A program made the position numbers and the translations under genes. From positions 3,906,001-3,970,000 of the forward strand of contig JAYWIR010000011.1 of NCBI GenBank assembly GCA_036172245.1: a stretch of 64,000 bases of DNA, written 5' to 3'. Shown here piece by piece: positions 50,120-62,909 of the stretch (within the stretch, counting starts at the first letter, position 1; each line of letters opens with the position of its first letter). The DNA comes from Raillietiella orientalis. Taxonomy: Eukaryota. The notes beneath the pieces are model-generated. The model was not told the origin of the DNA and did not search any database. It was given only the letters and a program-made list of their open reading frames with translations.

Positions 50120-50440
50120 ATATATCGGTACTTGACGGTGTCGGAACTCGCCAAACGCAATGCTTGTCACATTTTGACGAGAAAAACAAATGTTTCGAGA
50201 CTCGGCACTCTGCTCTCATGATGAAACCAGTAAACAGATTCCTTCTCATGGTAGCTCGAGAACAGTGCCAAACACTTCAATATAATGCCTCCCGAATCGT
50301 TCCTTCTTTTGTCCTTGCTGTGCTTTTGCTTAAAAAGTGGTTAAAAATGATACTACGAAGCCTAGAAAGAAATTCGTTCGGTACTCGTCGGTTTCGGCAC
50401 TCATCACGAACAAATTATCGACGAGTACCGAGGTGCCAAT
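50120..50440. repeat. AT-rich MITE-like segment with CGGTACTCG-type subterminal repeats
   Basis: CGGTACTTGACGGTGTCGGAACTC (~50126) resembles CGGTACTCGTCGGTTTCGGCACTC (~50379). 13-bp dyad TCGGTACTCGTCG / CGACGAGTACCGA at 50378-50431. Confidence 0.45.
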
Positions 50441-50444
50441 GTAT

Positions 50445-50446
<2 letters not shown>

Positions 50447-50494
<48 letters not shown>
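50447..50494. repeat. (GT)24 microsatellite
   Basis: 48 nt of perfect GT repeat. Confidence 0.98.
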
Positions 50495-50496
<2 letters not shown>

Positions 50497-51299
50497 CTAT
50501 TTTATATATACTTATAGATACATATACATACATGTATATATGTATTTATTCATCTATTCATCTGTATATTGATTTATATATCATTTATTTGTGTCTCTCC
50601 ATACATAAAAATAGAAACAGATTTTTTAACTATTTTAATATTTAGGGGAATCTTATCTTGGCATTTGAATATTCGTTTAGATTCAAAGTGTCGAATGAAA
50701 AATACGAAGTCTCAATCTCTGTGCTCCAGTTCCTTGAAAAACCAACTGGTTTTCCGCATCACCCAGCCTTGAGTAGGATGAACAAGTGCTTCGTGTGATG
50801 AAGAATGCGGAAGACCATGCGAAGACCGTTCGGATCACCTGTCTCGGAGGCTGCAAAGCAGTAGAAAGCGGAAAGAATGGGGCCACTCTTCCTGTGCTCG
50901 GCTTTCTTCCTTCCGTTCTTTCGTGCTCCAGAACAAAAGTAAAACGGAAAAGAAAGGATTGCAGAATGAGGCAAGCGCATTCGTCTCTTGCATTCTTGCG
51001 ATGCTGTGGCGTACTGATACGTCGCTGATCTCTCTCGATAAGTCAGGAGCCGTTAATCACAAAACGCAGTACTGTGAGCTTTAGCGCCTCCTCTGACTTC
51101 GCGGAGACCGAGTGATGCATCGTCCTTCGCGCTATGACATCGATCGCTTCCTGGCTGTCTTGAGCTGCCCCTTATCTTCCTCGCATCTGACTCCCTTTGA
51201 TGGATGCTCAGAAGATACTAGCGCCAGAGGGAAGCTGAGCACCAATCGAGTTAAGGCGATCTTCTCTGACGAGATTCTCTGCTACCTGTTTGCGATTGT

Positions 51300-52330
51300 C
51301 GAAAGGTCATCCCCAGAGATCGACCAGGAACCCTGAACACACTCCGACAACTCCGTCAAGAAGAGCGCCAGCGAAGAAGCCAGTTTTTCTGGGAATGCCC
51401 GCATCTCGTTCCTGCCTTTCAAGCCCTTCTTGCAGACGGCGGCTTTCTCTTACGCATGAACCAATGAGAGACCTCCCTCGAACTGATCTGTTTGAATCGT
51501 CAAGCGAATCATCTCCTGGCGTTCCGGGAGACGAGTCTGCACGGGCAGCCGCCCGTGCAGACTCGGAAGACATGCTTGTGACCTTTGTCTTCACGGATCC
51601 TGGCTTCAATAAGCCTCTCTCGTGAGTGCGGAAACGAACTCGAGGTGCACTCGACAAGCATGCCGGAGCCCTTAGGCAAGAACTGATTGAAAGGCAGTTT
51701 CTGCAACCAGCACACTGGTTCGTTTTTATCGGTGGTCCCATCAGGTGTACATGAGAATGAAGCTCTTGCAGATTTGGCTGCGGAGGAAGCTCCTCCAAAC
51801 TAATTCCTCATCGAGGTGGACACTTGGTCACCCTGAGAACTTTACAGTAGTTCCAGGGGCTTGGAAGGGTTCCTCGTCACCTCGAGGAGCAGACGCTGCC
51901 CACATGGATGTGAACCGAGGAAAGACAACCCTTTCCAGAACACTCCCTTTGCGATCTTGAGATGAGGGGTACAAATTGCGGAGGTCCAAAACATCATCTC
52001 GGCCGCATGCCTCGTAGATTCAAATCTGAGGGTCTCTTCTAGATTATAAATGATGGAGCCCTCCTCAGAATAACAGAATATGAAGTGTTTTCTCCTTCAT
52101 TCCTCCTCACACGGCAAAATACCAAGGCAGAATGAGTTCTTCCATGTGGTATTTTCTGCCTACTTTCCGGAGGAACCAATAGCGAGGCACGTCGGTAGGC
52201 TCCAGCATCACCACTCGCCCTAGCTTTTCCCTTGATGATGAAAGCTTTCAAAAAACGTCCACGTGAAGGGATATTTATGAGGAATCTTTGAATTGTGTCG
52301 AATGAATGCAGAACTGGTGTGCAGTTGGGG
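51300..52330 (-). mobile_element. I/Jockey-like RT fragment
   Basis: IIKGKARASGDAGAYRRASLL (YRPISLL-like) and TVKFSG*PSVHLDEELVW (VKxLGVxLDxxLxW-like). Confidence 0.6.
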
Positions 52331-52429
52331 AGGGAGGGGTTCTGCGGTCTACTTGTCACAACTCTTCAAGAACAAAAGGATGGTTGCCATAGCAAGAAGG
52401 AAAAGGAAGCTGGCTTTGCCAGTAGTGAA

Positions 52430-52910
52430 AAAGTGGTAATCGAGGATGGTGCTGAGACGCGTGGAACTCGGCAAGCCCAGAGAATCTTTCAAGTGATCAA
52501 TGGCTACAGGACCCACGGGTCCCTTGCGACGCTGCCTGAGCTTGCTCACGTCGAAGGTCTCGCGAGTTCCGTGGGAGCACGGACAGGACCTGTCTTTCCC
52601 GTGATCGCGCGTTTGCGCGAAAGGGGCACCTGCGCGAGAGAGACAGGGGGAGGTGAAAGGGGCACCCTGCTTTCTTTGCTGCTGGACCGGGAGGATGCCC
52701 TCCGTCCGGAACGGACGCATCCAGCGGAGGACCTCCTACACTCGGGGAAGACTCGCTCCCGGAGATCTTGTGTCGTTCCGCCGTTAGCCGTGGAAGTCTC
52801 GCGTGGCGTCGGCGCGTTGCGAAGCGAGACAGGGATGCATCATCCCCGAAATCTTCGCCATTTTAATTCAGCAGGCCAGCGGGGTGGCTTCTCCTGGGAA
52901 GGCTGAAGGG
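52430..52910 (-). mobile_element. L1/Tx1-like RT domain 4-5 fragment
   Basis: GILPVQQQRKQGAPFTSPCL..GAPF corresponds to RGVRQGCPLSPxLF...EPL. Confidence 0.5.
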
Positions 52911-53999
52911 CGATGAGCTCGTCTTCCTCCTTCAGAGGATTTCAGAGGAGGACCGAAGGTCACCATTGACTCTGTCCTTCCTCCCCCCTCGTAGTCTACC
53001 TCTGACAGTCTATTTAATCCAAATAAATGAGAGTTCTACAGTTGTGAAAGTGCCAGCAAGTGCCTAGTTGAAGTTGAAGTGACCATCCCCCTTGGGACAT
53101 AGCCGGAGAGAAGTGTAGGGAGAAGGAGAGAGACAGGGAACAAACGAATGCATAGGGAATGGATAGAGAGACCTCAGGGCACTTAACACGCTTGCCAAGG
53201 ACGGGGAAGGGATGGGAGGGGGGGTAACGAGAAGGCCTGACCGCAATCGTCCGGGGGTTGTCTTGAAGCTCGCGTCCCAGCATGCGTCACTGTGTTCCCC
53301 TTCGAACGTAGGCGAAGACGATTGGAAACCGCTCTCCGGGTAGGCGTCCACGCCCTCCAGTCTGACCGGTTGCTGGGGCTCGCAGGCGGCAGAGGATCGT
53401 CAGTGAGGAGGCTGCCGGCAAATCTGGAGGATAGCCGAACGTTTCCTAGGGCGCGTCCTTCAGAAAAGTGCCGGAGAAACGAATTCTTCCAGTTATTCGC
53501 TTCCGGTCCCCGAGGCGGCTTTTCGCATCCAAGGAGCGCGCGAGGCAGAGTTGCCACCATTCCGTAGTGGGGACACTCCTTAGGCAGTCCCCTCGATGAA
53601 GCGTGGCAGCGTTCCTCATTTTCGGGAGAAAAGCGAAGTTCACCGACAAGATGACGGTCTGCGGGCGGTGGAGAGGGAAGATTTGCACATCTTCCAGAAA
53701 GCCCGTGGTCATGAAGCTTCCACGTGTCTGAAGAGGTAGTCGAGAGCCTCAGGAAATGGGGTGTCCAAGGAAGAGGCTGGCTGGACGCAAGCCGCTTCCT
53801 AGCGCAGCGCGTGGACTTCTGGGTGGCACCTCGATGAACCTCGAATCTCAGAATGTAACCGCGGGATCATCTCAGGAAATTGGCTATTTTCCAAATGCCA
53901 AGATTTCAGAGGACGGCACCGGCGTCAATGCGACTGGCCACACCTTGCACTCCGCAGCCTCTGTCGTTTCACTGGGGTGACTGAAGAATCGCTTGCATG

Positions 54000-54480
54000 A
54001 TACCGATCGATCCAAAGTACTAAGGAGTTATGGATGGTAACGTTCTGATAACAGTTGAGCCCCTTGTGGTGCTCCGTGACGTCACGTCAAGAATCAAAGA
54101 GTTCCCAAGGGTGTATGGGAACGAGCTCGAAGCTCTCCATCAACGCAACGACGCGCCAGAAGATAAGATTGGCTCGTAGGATGTAATGAAACGCCCCAAG
54201 CGGTGCTGGCGAGTGGACGTTGGATGAGTGCGTGGAGGCGCACCTCAGCAACCGTCGCAGCACCCACTGCATCCTCTTGGAAGAGAGATCTCTTTGGGGG
54301 AAAAGTCGTCGCTCTGTCCTCCCCGAATCTTTCTCATCCCGTTGACGCCAGTCCTGTGAATCCAGCATCTCTGCATCGGCGACGAAGCGCTAGCGCACTG
54401 ACTTCCAGATCAAGAAGCAGAGTAACAGGGCTCTGGGCAGTCACGCGGACGCCAGAAGTGCTAAGAAGGTTTGCACCGTT
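54000..54480 (+). mobile_element. I/Jockey-like RT fragment
   Basis: VEAHLSNRRS (YLSxR-like), ALSSPNL (LSPxLF-like), CIGDE (YADD-like) in order. Confidence 0.4.
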
Positions 54481-54849
54481 GCCTTTCCTTTGCAGCAGCC
54501 AGTGGACCCGGATGTCCTGCTCGCGCCTCTCGGTGGCACAACGGCAGATGGTTCAATCTTGAAGGAAGAAGAAGAAACGGATTCTGGGGAGAGAGTGAGC
54601 GTTTGGATGGCCAGGGGAGGAAGACTATGGGAAAGTGCAAATGGGATACAAGAAGACGAGGAGTTTCGTGCATCATCCGTTTCGTTTGCCACGGCTCTTC
54701 TCGGGCGCGAAGGGAGGGAACATGAGACAAGTCCACGTTAGGGAAATGCAAACCAGTTGGAAGAATAAAAGGGAGGGGGAGGGCTCCAACTGCAGCTCCG
54801 TGTAGCAGCGCCACATTCGGCTTGCCGTGTCTGTGCTTTCCAGAAATCT

Positions 54850-56997
54850 CAGCCTACGGCACCGGAGAGTCTCGCGAAGCTGACTGACGCTGCAAGAAAC
54901 TCTTCGACGAAGCCGCATGAACACTCAGAGTCTTCTCCGAGGAGGACGGGACCTCTGCCGGCGTGTTTACGTGGCGCTCGCGATGCATCAGGAGACGGTG
55001 GAAAGACGGTGAGAAGTTCCGGTCCTCATCCTGAGGACAGCCGCTGCTGCTCCCTGACCTCGTACGAAGAGCGAGCTGTTTCCGTGCTGCGCATGAGATA
55101 AACTCCTTCGAGTTCGCAGTGATGCAAAGTCCTATGGGCGAGGGTCTTCTTTCCAACAGCAGCGCCGTAGGAGACGCACGCAGAAGAAAAGAGAGAACGT
55201 GTTGCAACCACGAGATCTTGCTCCCACTCTCAGCAGCAGCAACCCGAGGTCCTATTTCTTACTCCTCTCGTCCGGGTCGTCGGGATCCTGGAATCGACCT
55301 CGTTTGTCGACGGCCAGATGGTCCTGTTTGGCCCAGCATCCTCCAGGGGCACAACTTCTCCCCTGTCAGAACGGCATTCATCTGACCGAGCGCGGAACTG
55401 CCTATTCGAGTTACCAGAAGAAAAACCACCGTCGACTTTTAGCCCTACGCCACTCCGAAGAGAAGGTTTAGGGCAGTGGCAAAAACACCTTGGCGCCGAT
55501 CAGCAGCTGAGTGCGATCGGCTGTGGCCAGTGAGCCCGAACACACCTTGAGTCTTGACGACCCACTGGTGCCCCGCGCGTTCCGCCAGCATCAGTGGCGC
55601 TTGGCAGGCAGGGAATAAGGTAGAGAGGATCCGGAAAATCCGCTCTTCCTGAATCCTTTCTGTGGTTCCGCCCCTTTTCCGGGTGTTTCCGTATTTCTCT
55701 GGCACGTGTTGCTTTCTGTTGATTTTCGTGTGTCGAAGAGACCTCGTTCCAGACCTCTGGGAAGCCGAAGATGCATGGGACGAACAATCAGGAGCAATCA
55801 GTCCGCATCGGAGGGCAAGAGTGGGAGGGTTGAGGGGGAGAAGGACGCATGCAGATGCGGGAACCCAGAAAGCTCGAGCTATCAGTACGATGATGGGTTC
55901 TTCGATGAAAGTTGGATGCTCAAAGTTTAGTAGCGCACTGGTCTTCTCCGCTGCACAATCAGTTGGCCATGAAATTGGCGTTGAGCGCAGCCGTAGAGTC
56001 AAAGAGCCAGCGCGCGACTGGCCCGCGTCGGAGGCTATGTGTTCACGGTCTCCAAGGGTGTTACCAACAAGCGCTGCGATACCGGCTTGGTAGCCAGTCG
56101 GTCAAATGCGAGGTCCGATGTGAGATCGGTGGAAGAGTGAAGGGATCAGGCGGTTGGACCACGGGCCAGCTCACGAACGCTTCGACACCAAGTGCCCTAC
56201 CGAAGGGACTATTGCACTGGGGTGAGCTGTTTTGAATCCCACAGGAAGACCTCGAGTGGCCCCCGGCGCTGAAGAACAACCGGGCCCTCCCCCTGAAGTA
56301 ACAGCAGTTGGCGATCCTGCTGTTGCACTGGAGTCTCCTCTGAAGCGCCGCCGGCCTCACTGCACCTGGGGGCTGTGGACCCCAACTACTGCAGGTGCGG
56401 GGAACGGGAATCCCTCCTGCATCTCTCCATAGACTCTGTTGCCTTCCGTCCTCTGTGGTTGCGTTACGCAATGACCGTTGCATAACGCAACCACAGAGGT
56501 CGGACGGACATTGCGGGGCATCTAAGGACAATCCCAGAGACTTGTTGAAGCGTCTCTTCATGCGCGATGCCCTTTCGCCTGCCGCATCCCTAGCAGCTCT
56601 TTGCTGCTGCCTACGAGGGATTGTGGCGCTCTGGAGCTACGCGAGAGGAGAACGGCACGACAGGGACATCACCATCTGCTTCGACTTGAGCTTCCTGCGG
56701 AGGACAGCAAGATGGCCCCACCTGGGGCACATTCGGATGGAACTTGCTGGCATCCTGAAAAGGATGCAGAGGATGCCCTCCAGAGGACAGTGGTCCCTTC
56801 CCTAAACCTCCCAATTTTTTGTATATATTTTCTTGTTTGATTTTTATTTTTGTTTGCTCCCTCCCCTTACGCTGCCGAGGCGAACTTCGCCGGTTACTCA
56901 GCAGGTCCCGAGCGTTTTCGGACAATGTAGGGCCGATGACCCTACACATGTATGTTTATTTTTTATAATAAACTCTCGGGCGTGACCGGGTAATAAA
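54850..56997 (+). mobile_element. LINE-A long 3' portion (RT remnant, thumb, zinc finger, 3' UTR)
   Basis: SFVDG (FADD-like), VGGLRG, PNYCRCGERESLLHLSID..RPLW, LRGIVALW, WPHLGHIRMELAGIL. Terminus AATAAACTCTCGGGCGTGACCGGGTAATAAA. Confidence 0.7.
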
Positions 56998-57004
56998 ACC
57001 AAGC

Positions 57005-57410
57005 ATCGCGGATTCGGATAATCGGAAAGAATCAACATCGAGAGATGGGGGTGCGTCGTGAGTTTGAGTTCCTCTTGCAAGATGGCGCGGGCTGGCCCAT
57101 CATCGGGTACGGAGCTGGTGGCAGTTGAAACCGGATGCCCCCGATGAGTAGCCTGGATTGGGAGTCGACCCTTCGGAATCCTTGCAGGAATCAAGGAACC
57201 CTTTGGGGTTTCCCTCTTGATGTGCAAAGGTTCAGACCCCTCCTTCAGGGGAGGAACCCTCCGTCTCGTATCATGGAGACGGTCGATTGATAACACCTCT
57301 CCAGAGTGCAAGGAAGTGCACCACTCCCTTCGAGGAGCACCCTTCTGAGAAAATTCGGAAGCATCCCTTCGGGGTTCTCATCAGAGGAGTAAACAGGAGC
57401 GATTTACCTT
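57005..57410 (+). mobile_element. SINE copy S8 (partial head and body)
   Basis: GGGGTGCGTCGTGAGTTTGAGTTC (second T-arm-like), GTCGACCCTTCGGAATCCTTGCAGGAATCAAG, GGGTTCTCATCAGAGGAG. Confidence 0.75.
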
Positions 57411-57519
57411 CGCGAATTCTAGTTTTACTTTCACAACGCCTCTACCAGTTATCAGGAGTTTTTTGGAGAGCCACTCAAAGCCTTTATTCAGAAGCCTTCA
57501 CGTTTCTTCAGCTGTGACT

Positions 57520-58560
57520 CCCCATCATTCATGTGGTTTTCTATCCCAGCCCTTCTTGCCTTTCCTTGTCCTGATTAGGAGACGTTGGCTCTAGCAATTG
57601 CCTGATCAGCCTGATGCATAGAAAAGAAAAAGCTAAAGAACGGGGAGGTTTGAATCGCGATCTTTATTTCCATTTATACGGCGCGGTTGCCATCTGCGTT
57701 TTACCGTTATGAGGAGGTCGTAATGACAAAGTACTTGCCAATCCATTAAAGTGCGGTTGAGGATTGTGAATCGCTGCACGAAGGACGCGTACGCCTTGAG
57801 AGTATTCGCCGTCCCGGAAATTAGGATGCCCTTCCCGAGGAAGACAATAAAAAACGTCGTCAGTGTCTCTTCCTCGAGCCTCCATCCAGTCGTCAAATCT
57901 GGGGCCGATCTCGACATGTTGTTTGAGGTCAAGCTGATGGTCTCAAGCTGGGAAAAGTGGTTGGCGGTGCAAGCCATCCCGAAAAAAATGAAGGACCTAC
58001 GACTCTCAGGCACCCTAGAAGCCAAGCTCATTGTGGGTGGGGTTAACCTCGTGCGAGTCAGCTACTACCTACAGGCGAATACGACCGCGGGTACGTTCCT
58101 CGGATCCTCGGGCGTCCGAGTGCCGCTCAAAATCATCAGCGATTCTGTGAACGTTCTGAATGCCAATCTGCCTCGGCGAGGGAAGCAAGATTCCATGGGC
58201 AGGAGAAGAGATTCATAGCTTTCGGGCAGAGAACCGCTTTGAAGCTCGCTGCGGCAACTCCGCCTTAATAGTCGAAGGACTGCGCCCCCTTCTGGCAAGT
58301 TCGGTTTTCCAGCTGCTGCCGAAAATGCAAAGCAGGCGGAAAGAAAGCAAGGACACCGCGCTTGAGTATCGGTTTGCAATAGAATACTATCCGGAGCATC
58401 GAAACTGCAACTGGCTGCAAAAATCACGACATTGAGGCCGTCCCGAAAGGAAGTCAAGGAAGAAAAACCACACGCCTTTCCGAAATGCGAACGGCTCAGG
58501 AAAGCATCTCATTGAACGAAGAAAGGGTTTCGAGCCCTATTCCCTCTTTAAAGTGATGTT
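57520..58560 (+). mobile_element. Bel/Pao LTR-retrotransposon pol remnant (protease region to pre-RT)
   Basis: ORF 57751..58218: ALRVFAVPEIRMPFP, ADLDMLF...W, LSGTLEAKLIVGG resemble the Pao peptidase (DUF1758-like) pattern A.VVP.I...LP / IDILIG..W / T.LGW.I.G. Downstream YRFAIEYY fits Y...I.EY. No LTR seen. Confidence 0.55.
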
Positions 58561-59195
58561 TCTTAAACTCTCTGTGCTGGTGGGCATGCGTACCTTGCAA
58601 CATTTTCCCGTTCTCTGCACACGCGCTAGCGAGCATGTGCTCCCATTTGCATGCTTAACTTAGTGCTGCGCCTCCATTCTCCTCAGCTCTACAAGGAAAC
58701 TTCACAACGGAGTTAAGATGTGTGCCGTTTCTCGTATTGGATTTGGAGCCGTGAATGCATGCAATGTGTTCATGCCCACATCCGCCGTTCCCAAACTTGA
58801 AACTTGAATTCATCGGAGCATGGGGAGGACCATGACGTTCAAGTAAGGAATTCATCCTCTTCGGGCGCATGGTTTGGCAAAGAGCTTCGAAAAGTTATAG
58901 TCTGTCTCCCCCCCCCCCCTCTCTTCCAGTTCCTGGTGCGTCTTCCATTTGACGAAGTACGCATTTGCACCAGCAAAAAAGTGAGCACTCCTTTCAGCTG
59001 GTTGTAAGCTGCCATGTCTGCTCGTCTCAGTCGATCATGAACTCATTTCACTGTTCTTAGTACGAAGAAAGGCATCTCTTTGGAGAAAAATGAATTCAGT
59101 ATATAAAGAACCTCCATGCAGACCCTTCTACAGCTTCTCTTTCATATTCGCCTGTCCATGGCACTCTTGCATTCTTCACTTTGCCTTATTCCCTC

Positions 59196-59520
59196 CTAAA
59201 ACCGGATCTAATAATGGAAAAAGGAAACCGGGTATTAGGAATGGACGTGTGCTGCCAATGCGAAAATGGAAGAGAGGAGCTCAGCACAGCCACAAGAAGC
59301 AAAGAAGGAAAATAAAAGGAGGTAGCCTACAGCTGGGCAGAGAGGGAAAGCAATGCAAAATACATGCATTCGTCCTTGGCTCTCTGGGAGCCTGGGATAC
59401 AGGAAATTAGGAACTACTGCAAGATGTTAGAATTCTGAAGAAGAAATTGGTGGAAATGAGGAACCAGATGGTGCATTTGGTACTCCAGCGATATTTATGC
59501 AGCCCAGGCCACTCGGAAAG
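59196..59520 (+). mobile_element. Second R2-group (NeSL/Utopia-like) RLE 3' end
   Basis: LKPDLIMEKGNRVLGMDVCCQCENGREELSTATRSKEGK*...HAFVLGSLGAWDTGN*ELLQDVRI. Direct homolog of 8930-9220. Confidence 0.8.
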
Positions 59521-59539
59521 ACGACAACCATCCGGAGAA

Positions 59540-60170
59540 CCCTAGCAGTCTGCTCTTACCATCGGAGGACAGGAAGCGGAAGAAGCAGCATGATGAAGGG
59601 TGCTGAGCGCCCCAGATGAACAGAGGAGGAACTGCGGAAGAATGCCCAGAGCCCTACCCTGTAACCTACTATGATAAATAGCTCGAACCGCTCTTCTGCT
59701 AGTAACATTCCTGATGCTTTTCGAAATGCAGCTTAGGCAACCTTCAGTATCCTCCTCTTCCAGTTCTCTTTCCAAACCTGATCTCTCTTCTCTCTCAAGA
59801 TTTCCTGCATCTGATGGATGCATTTTATTCTGATTTTTCTTTTCCTTTTTTCTCTCGTGGGGTGGGGTGTGGGGGTAAATCAAAAGCACCTCCCTCCTTA
59901 CCGACAGAACGCCTTCACCGAGGCAGATAATCACCGGAAGGAGCCTGTGCTGAATGGTCCGAAGGGGTGCAGATCTCGGGCTTCCACTCCTGTGCGTGGC
60001 TGATGGAGCGCTGGAACCGTTTGTCCCATTCAACAGTTCTGGAAAGCCCTAACGTTGCAAGGCGTCCTTGCCTCGGTGAAGACAGACGAAAACTTTGAGG
60101 AGTCCTGCTCTGGTCACTGAGGGTACCTGAGACTTGTGCGTCCATCTTGAAATCACGGACGAAATTTCGC
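59540..60170 (-). mobile_element. Probable R2-group RT-thumb fragment
   Basis: RA..SSYL...ALGI remnants (LPxRAxxxYLY...GxGI-like). Heavily frameshifted. Confidence 0.3.
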
Positions 60171-60389
60171 AAGAGTTTGCTTCCCCCTTTTCCGATGTGC
60201 AGTCCAGTCCACGTACGGTCGGATGAGCAGGGGACAAAAAAACGCAGGAGATGCTTTTCCCGCAGTTTTAGTCATCTCTGTCTGCCCAGCTTTGCTCGCC
60301 GTTGAAGAATCGCCACACGACGTGCTGAGGGTGGAGTGGAGCTACGCCACCGTCGCTGGGAAAATTCATCCTCTGAGGTTCTTTACAGA

Positions 60390-61050
60390 GAATGAAGATC
60401 CTCTTGTGTTTTATTTGTTTTGTTTTTAAAGAAAACATTTTTTTTGATTATATTTTTTTCGTTTTTTGGGGGGAGGTTTCTCAAAGATTGCTGAAGAACC
60501 GTTGGCTTCCTTAAAGGAACTTACCAAGTTCTTTAACGCTGTCCACGGCATCCAAGGGTGCGTGTCAACTTTTCAAGTTATTGGAGATAGTCCTGGAGGG
60601 ACCAACCTATGAATTCCAGGGTGCCTTCAGACGAAGGAGTCCATTCCTCGTACTCTTGGTAGGGAAGCCCCGAAGGGAATCTCTTCCCTGTTCTCTCCGG
60701 AAGGACTCTCCGGAAGGGGCCACACCTCGTTTCTTCTCCGAAGGGAACCTGAATTTCTTCCCCGGAAGGAACCCTAGAAAGAATCCGCTCTTCGTTTCCT
60801 CCTCTGAAGAGAACCTCGAAGGGAGCAGAGAGATTCTCACACTCTGGAGTGGCAACCCCCAAGAAGAGTATCAACCAGCTCCATGATATGCGATGGAGGA
60901 TCGCCCCCCTGAAGAGAGGGAAGGATCCCTTTTCCCAACAGGAGGGAGGAACCCGAAGGGAACCGACTTCTTGATTCCTGGAAGGACTCCGGAGGGTCGA
61001 TTTCCAAATCCCCACTGCTACTCAACGAAGGATCCGGTTTCCGCCATTGT
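60390..61050 (-). mobile_element. SINE copy S9 (body and A-rich segment)
   Basis: GCTGAAGAACCGTT..AGGGTGCGTGT..CCTATGAATTCCAGG..TTGATTCCTGGAAGGACTCCGGAGGGTCGA on the plus strand, as in S1/S3/S6/S7. Confidence 0.8.
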
Positions 61051-61099
61051 CGCACCCGCGTATGTCCCGGCATGCCTGCCATCTCAGCATACGCGGACG

Positions 61100-62905
61100 A
61101 CCTTCTGCTGCTGCTCCCCATGTCCATCCCGGCATGCGCACTCAACTGTTTCTTCGAGTTGCTCAGCCGCGGGACGGGCCTGCTGGTGAACAGGGCGAAG
61201 TCGTCCGTGGTTCCAGTTGTGCGGCGTGGGTAGGGCGGCCGGACTGGATCCGTCTGGGGATCTTCACTGGCCGATAATTAAAGTACCTGGTGAACTTCTG
61301 CCTAGCAGAAGCACTCTGATCCAGCCGCCTTCAGAAAGCACTGCAGTCTCTCCGTCCCTTCCAAAGATGTATGTTTTACCTGCCGGAAGGGCCGAGGTGT
61401 GGAACACGTTCGTGAGCTCCTCCTCCTCTCCTTGATTCTTGTTTGTCCCTTTCCATGCAGCATTAGAAAGCGGACAAAGGACCTCCTTCAGATCGTCCTT
61501 TGGGGCAAATGCAGGCCCCAAGCCCGCCTAAGGGACTTGTGTGATCCGCGCTGGGACAGCGGCCTAGGCTTCCTGATGCTGGAGCGAATGGAGCTGCAGC
61601 TCCAGTTTCGAACACTGGTCCTCGTGGTAAACCTCTGGAGCACCACCTTGTGCCAACCTGCACATCTTCTCGTCCAGCAAGCCACCGGCAGCGTGGAACT
61701 CGCGTCCTTCCTAGCGAGCCTTCTACGCAGTCTCATCCACGGCGGACTTCACCTTCGGCAGATGACCACGCTGGCGAGGAAAAACGTATGCATCTCGTGC
61801 CACTCCTCGTACGGTAGTGCCTAATTGCAGGAAACCGTGCGCACGCAGGCGGGGATCCAGGAGTCAAGCTCAGAACAGGGGCGACGTTCCCTACACGCGC
61901 GTAACAACAACTGCACTCTCCGGAGGATCCTGGAAGATCCCATGAAGAGTGAGTGGGCAAGCAGAATCTCCCGCGCCTCCGCACTTCCCTCTCTTAGGGA
62001 GCACATGGACAGCAGCCTTACAGCTAGATGGGAGGAGGTTACTGCGGAAACCTCCGGAAGGAGGAAAAGACTGGGCAAATGGACGGCGGGCCAGCTCACC
62101 GACGCTGCGACCCCGATTGCTCCACCTCGTGAACTGTTGCGCTGGGCTTGCTACTGGGTATTCCAGAGGAAGACCTGAAGTGAGCTCTGGTGCTCATAAA
62201 CACCCACACCCTCCCCTTAAAGTGGCAGGAGTCAGAGACCCTGCTGTTGCACTGGGGTCTTCCATGCAACGCCCACCGGCATCATTAGACACGGGGGGGG
62301 GGGGGGGGTAAACCGTAACAGTGCCAGGTGAGGGGAGCGGGAATCGTCCCCGCACCTCCTAGTGGACTTTGTTTCCCTCCGGCCCCTTTAGGAACGCTTG
62401 GCCACGACCCTTGGATCCCCCGACGGCAACGCCAGAGACGTGATGCGGCTCCTCTTTGTGCGGGACGCCCTGCATCCAGCCGCATCCCTAGTAGCACTTT
62501 GCTGCTCACATGAAATCTGGCTGCATGGAGAAGCAACGCCAGAGGAGGCCAGGACGGCAGGGATGCCATCTATTTTGCTGTCCTCTTCATGAGGACAGCG
62601 TCAAGATGGCCCCATCTGGGAATCATAAAAGAGGAAACTTGCCGGCGTCCTTACAAGGATGCAGAAGACGCGCTCCATAACACAGTAATCCCTTCCCGAA
62701 CCACCCCATTCTTTGAATGCATTTTTCTTTTTATTCTTTTGTTTTTGTTTGTCTTCCCTCCCTTTGTGCTGCCGAGGCGAACCTCGCTGGCCTGAGTGCC
62801 AGTTCCTGGCAGGTTCCTTCTCGTAGTTTAGGTGGCAGGAGCAAACGTCCTGCCACAGACATGTATTTTTATTTTATAAATAAACTCCCCGGCGTGACCG
62901 GTTGT
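61100..62905 (+). mobile_element. LINE-A 3' portion
   Basis: LPSLREH..WTAGQLT, GERESSPHLLVD..LRPL, RWPHLG. Terminus AATAAACTCCCCGGCGTGACCGG. Contains a G16 run at 62293-62308. Confidence 0.75.
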
Positions 62906-62909
62906 CAAC

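Noticed and set aside
12050..61050. The SINE family as solo LTRs or hammerhead retrozymes
   Set aside because: No TG...CA termini or PBS/PPT, and no conserved CTGANGA...GAAA core seen across copies. Pol III boxes explain the family better.
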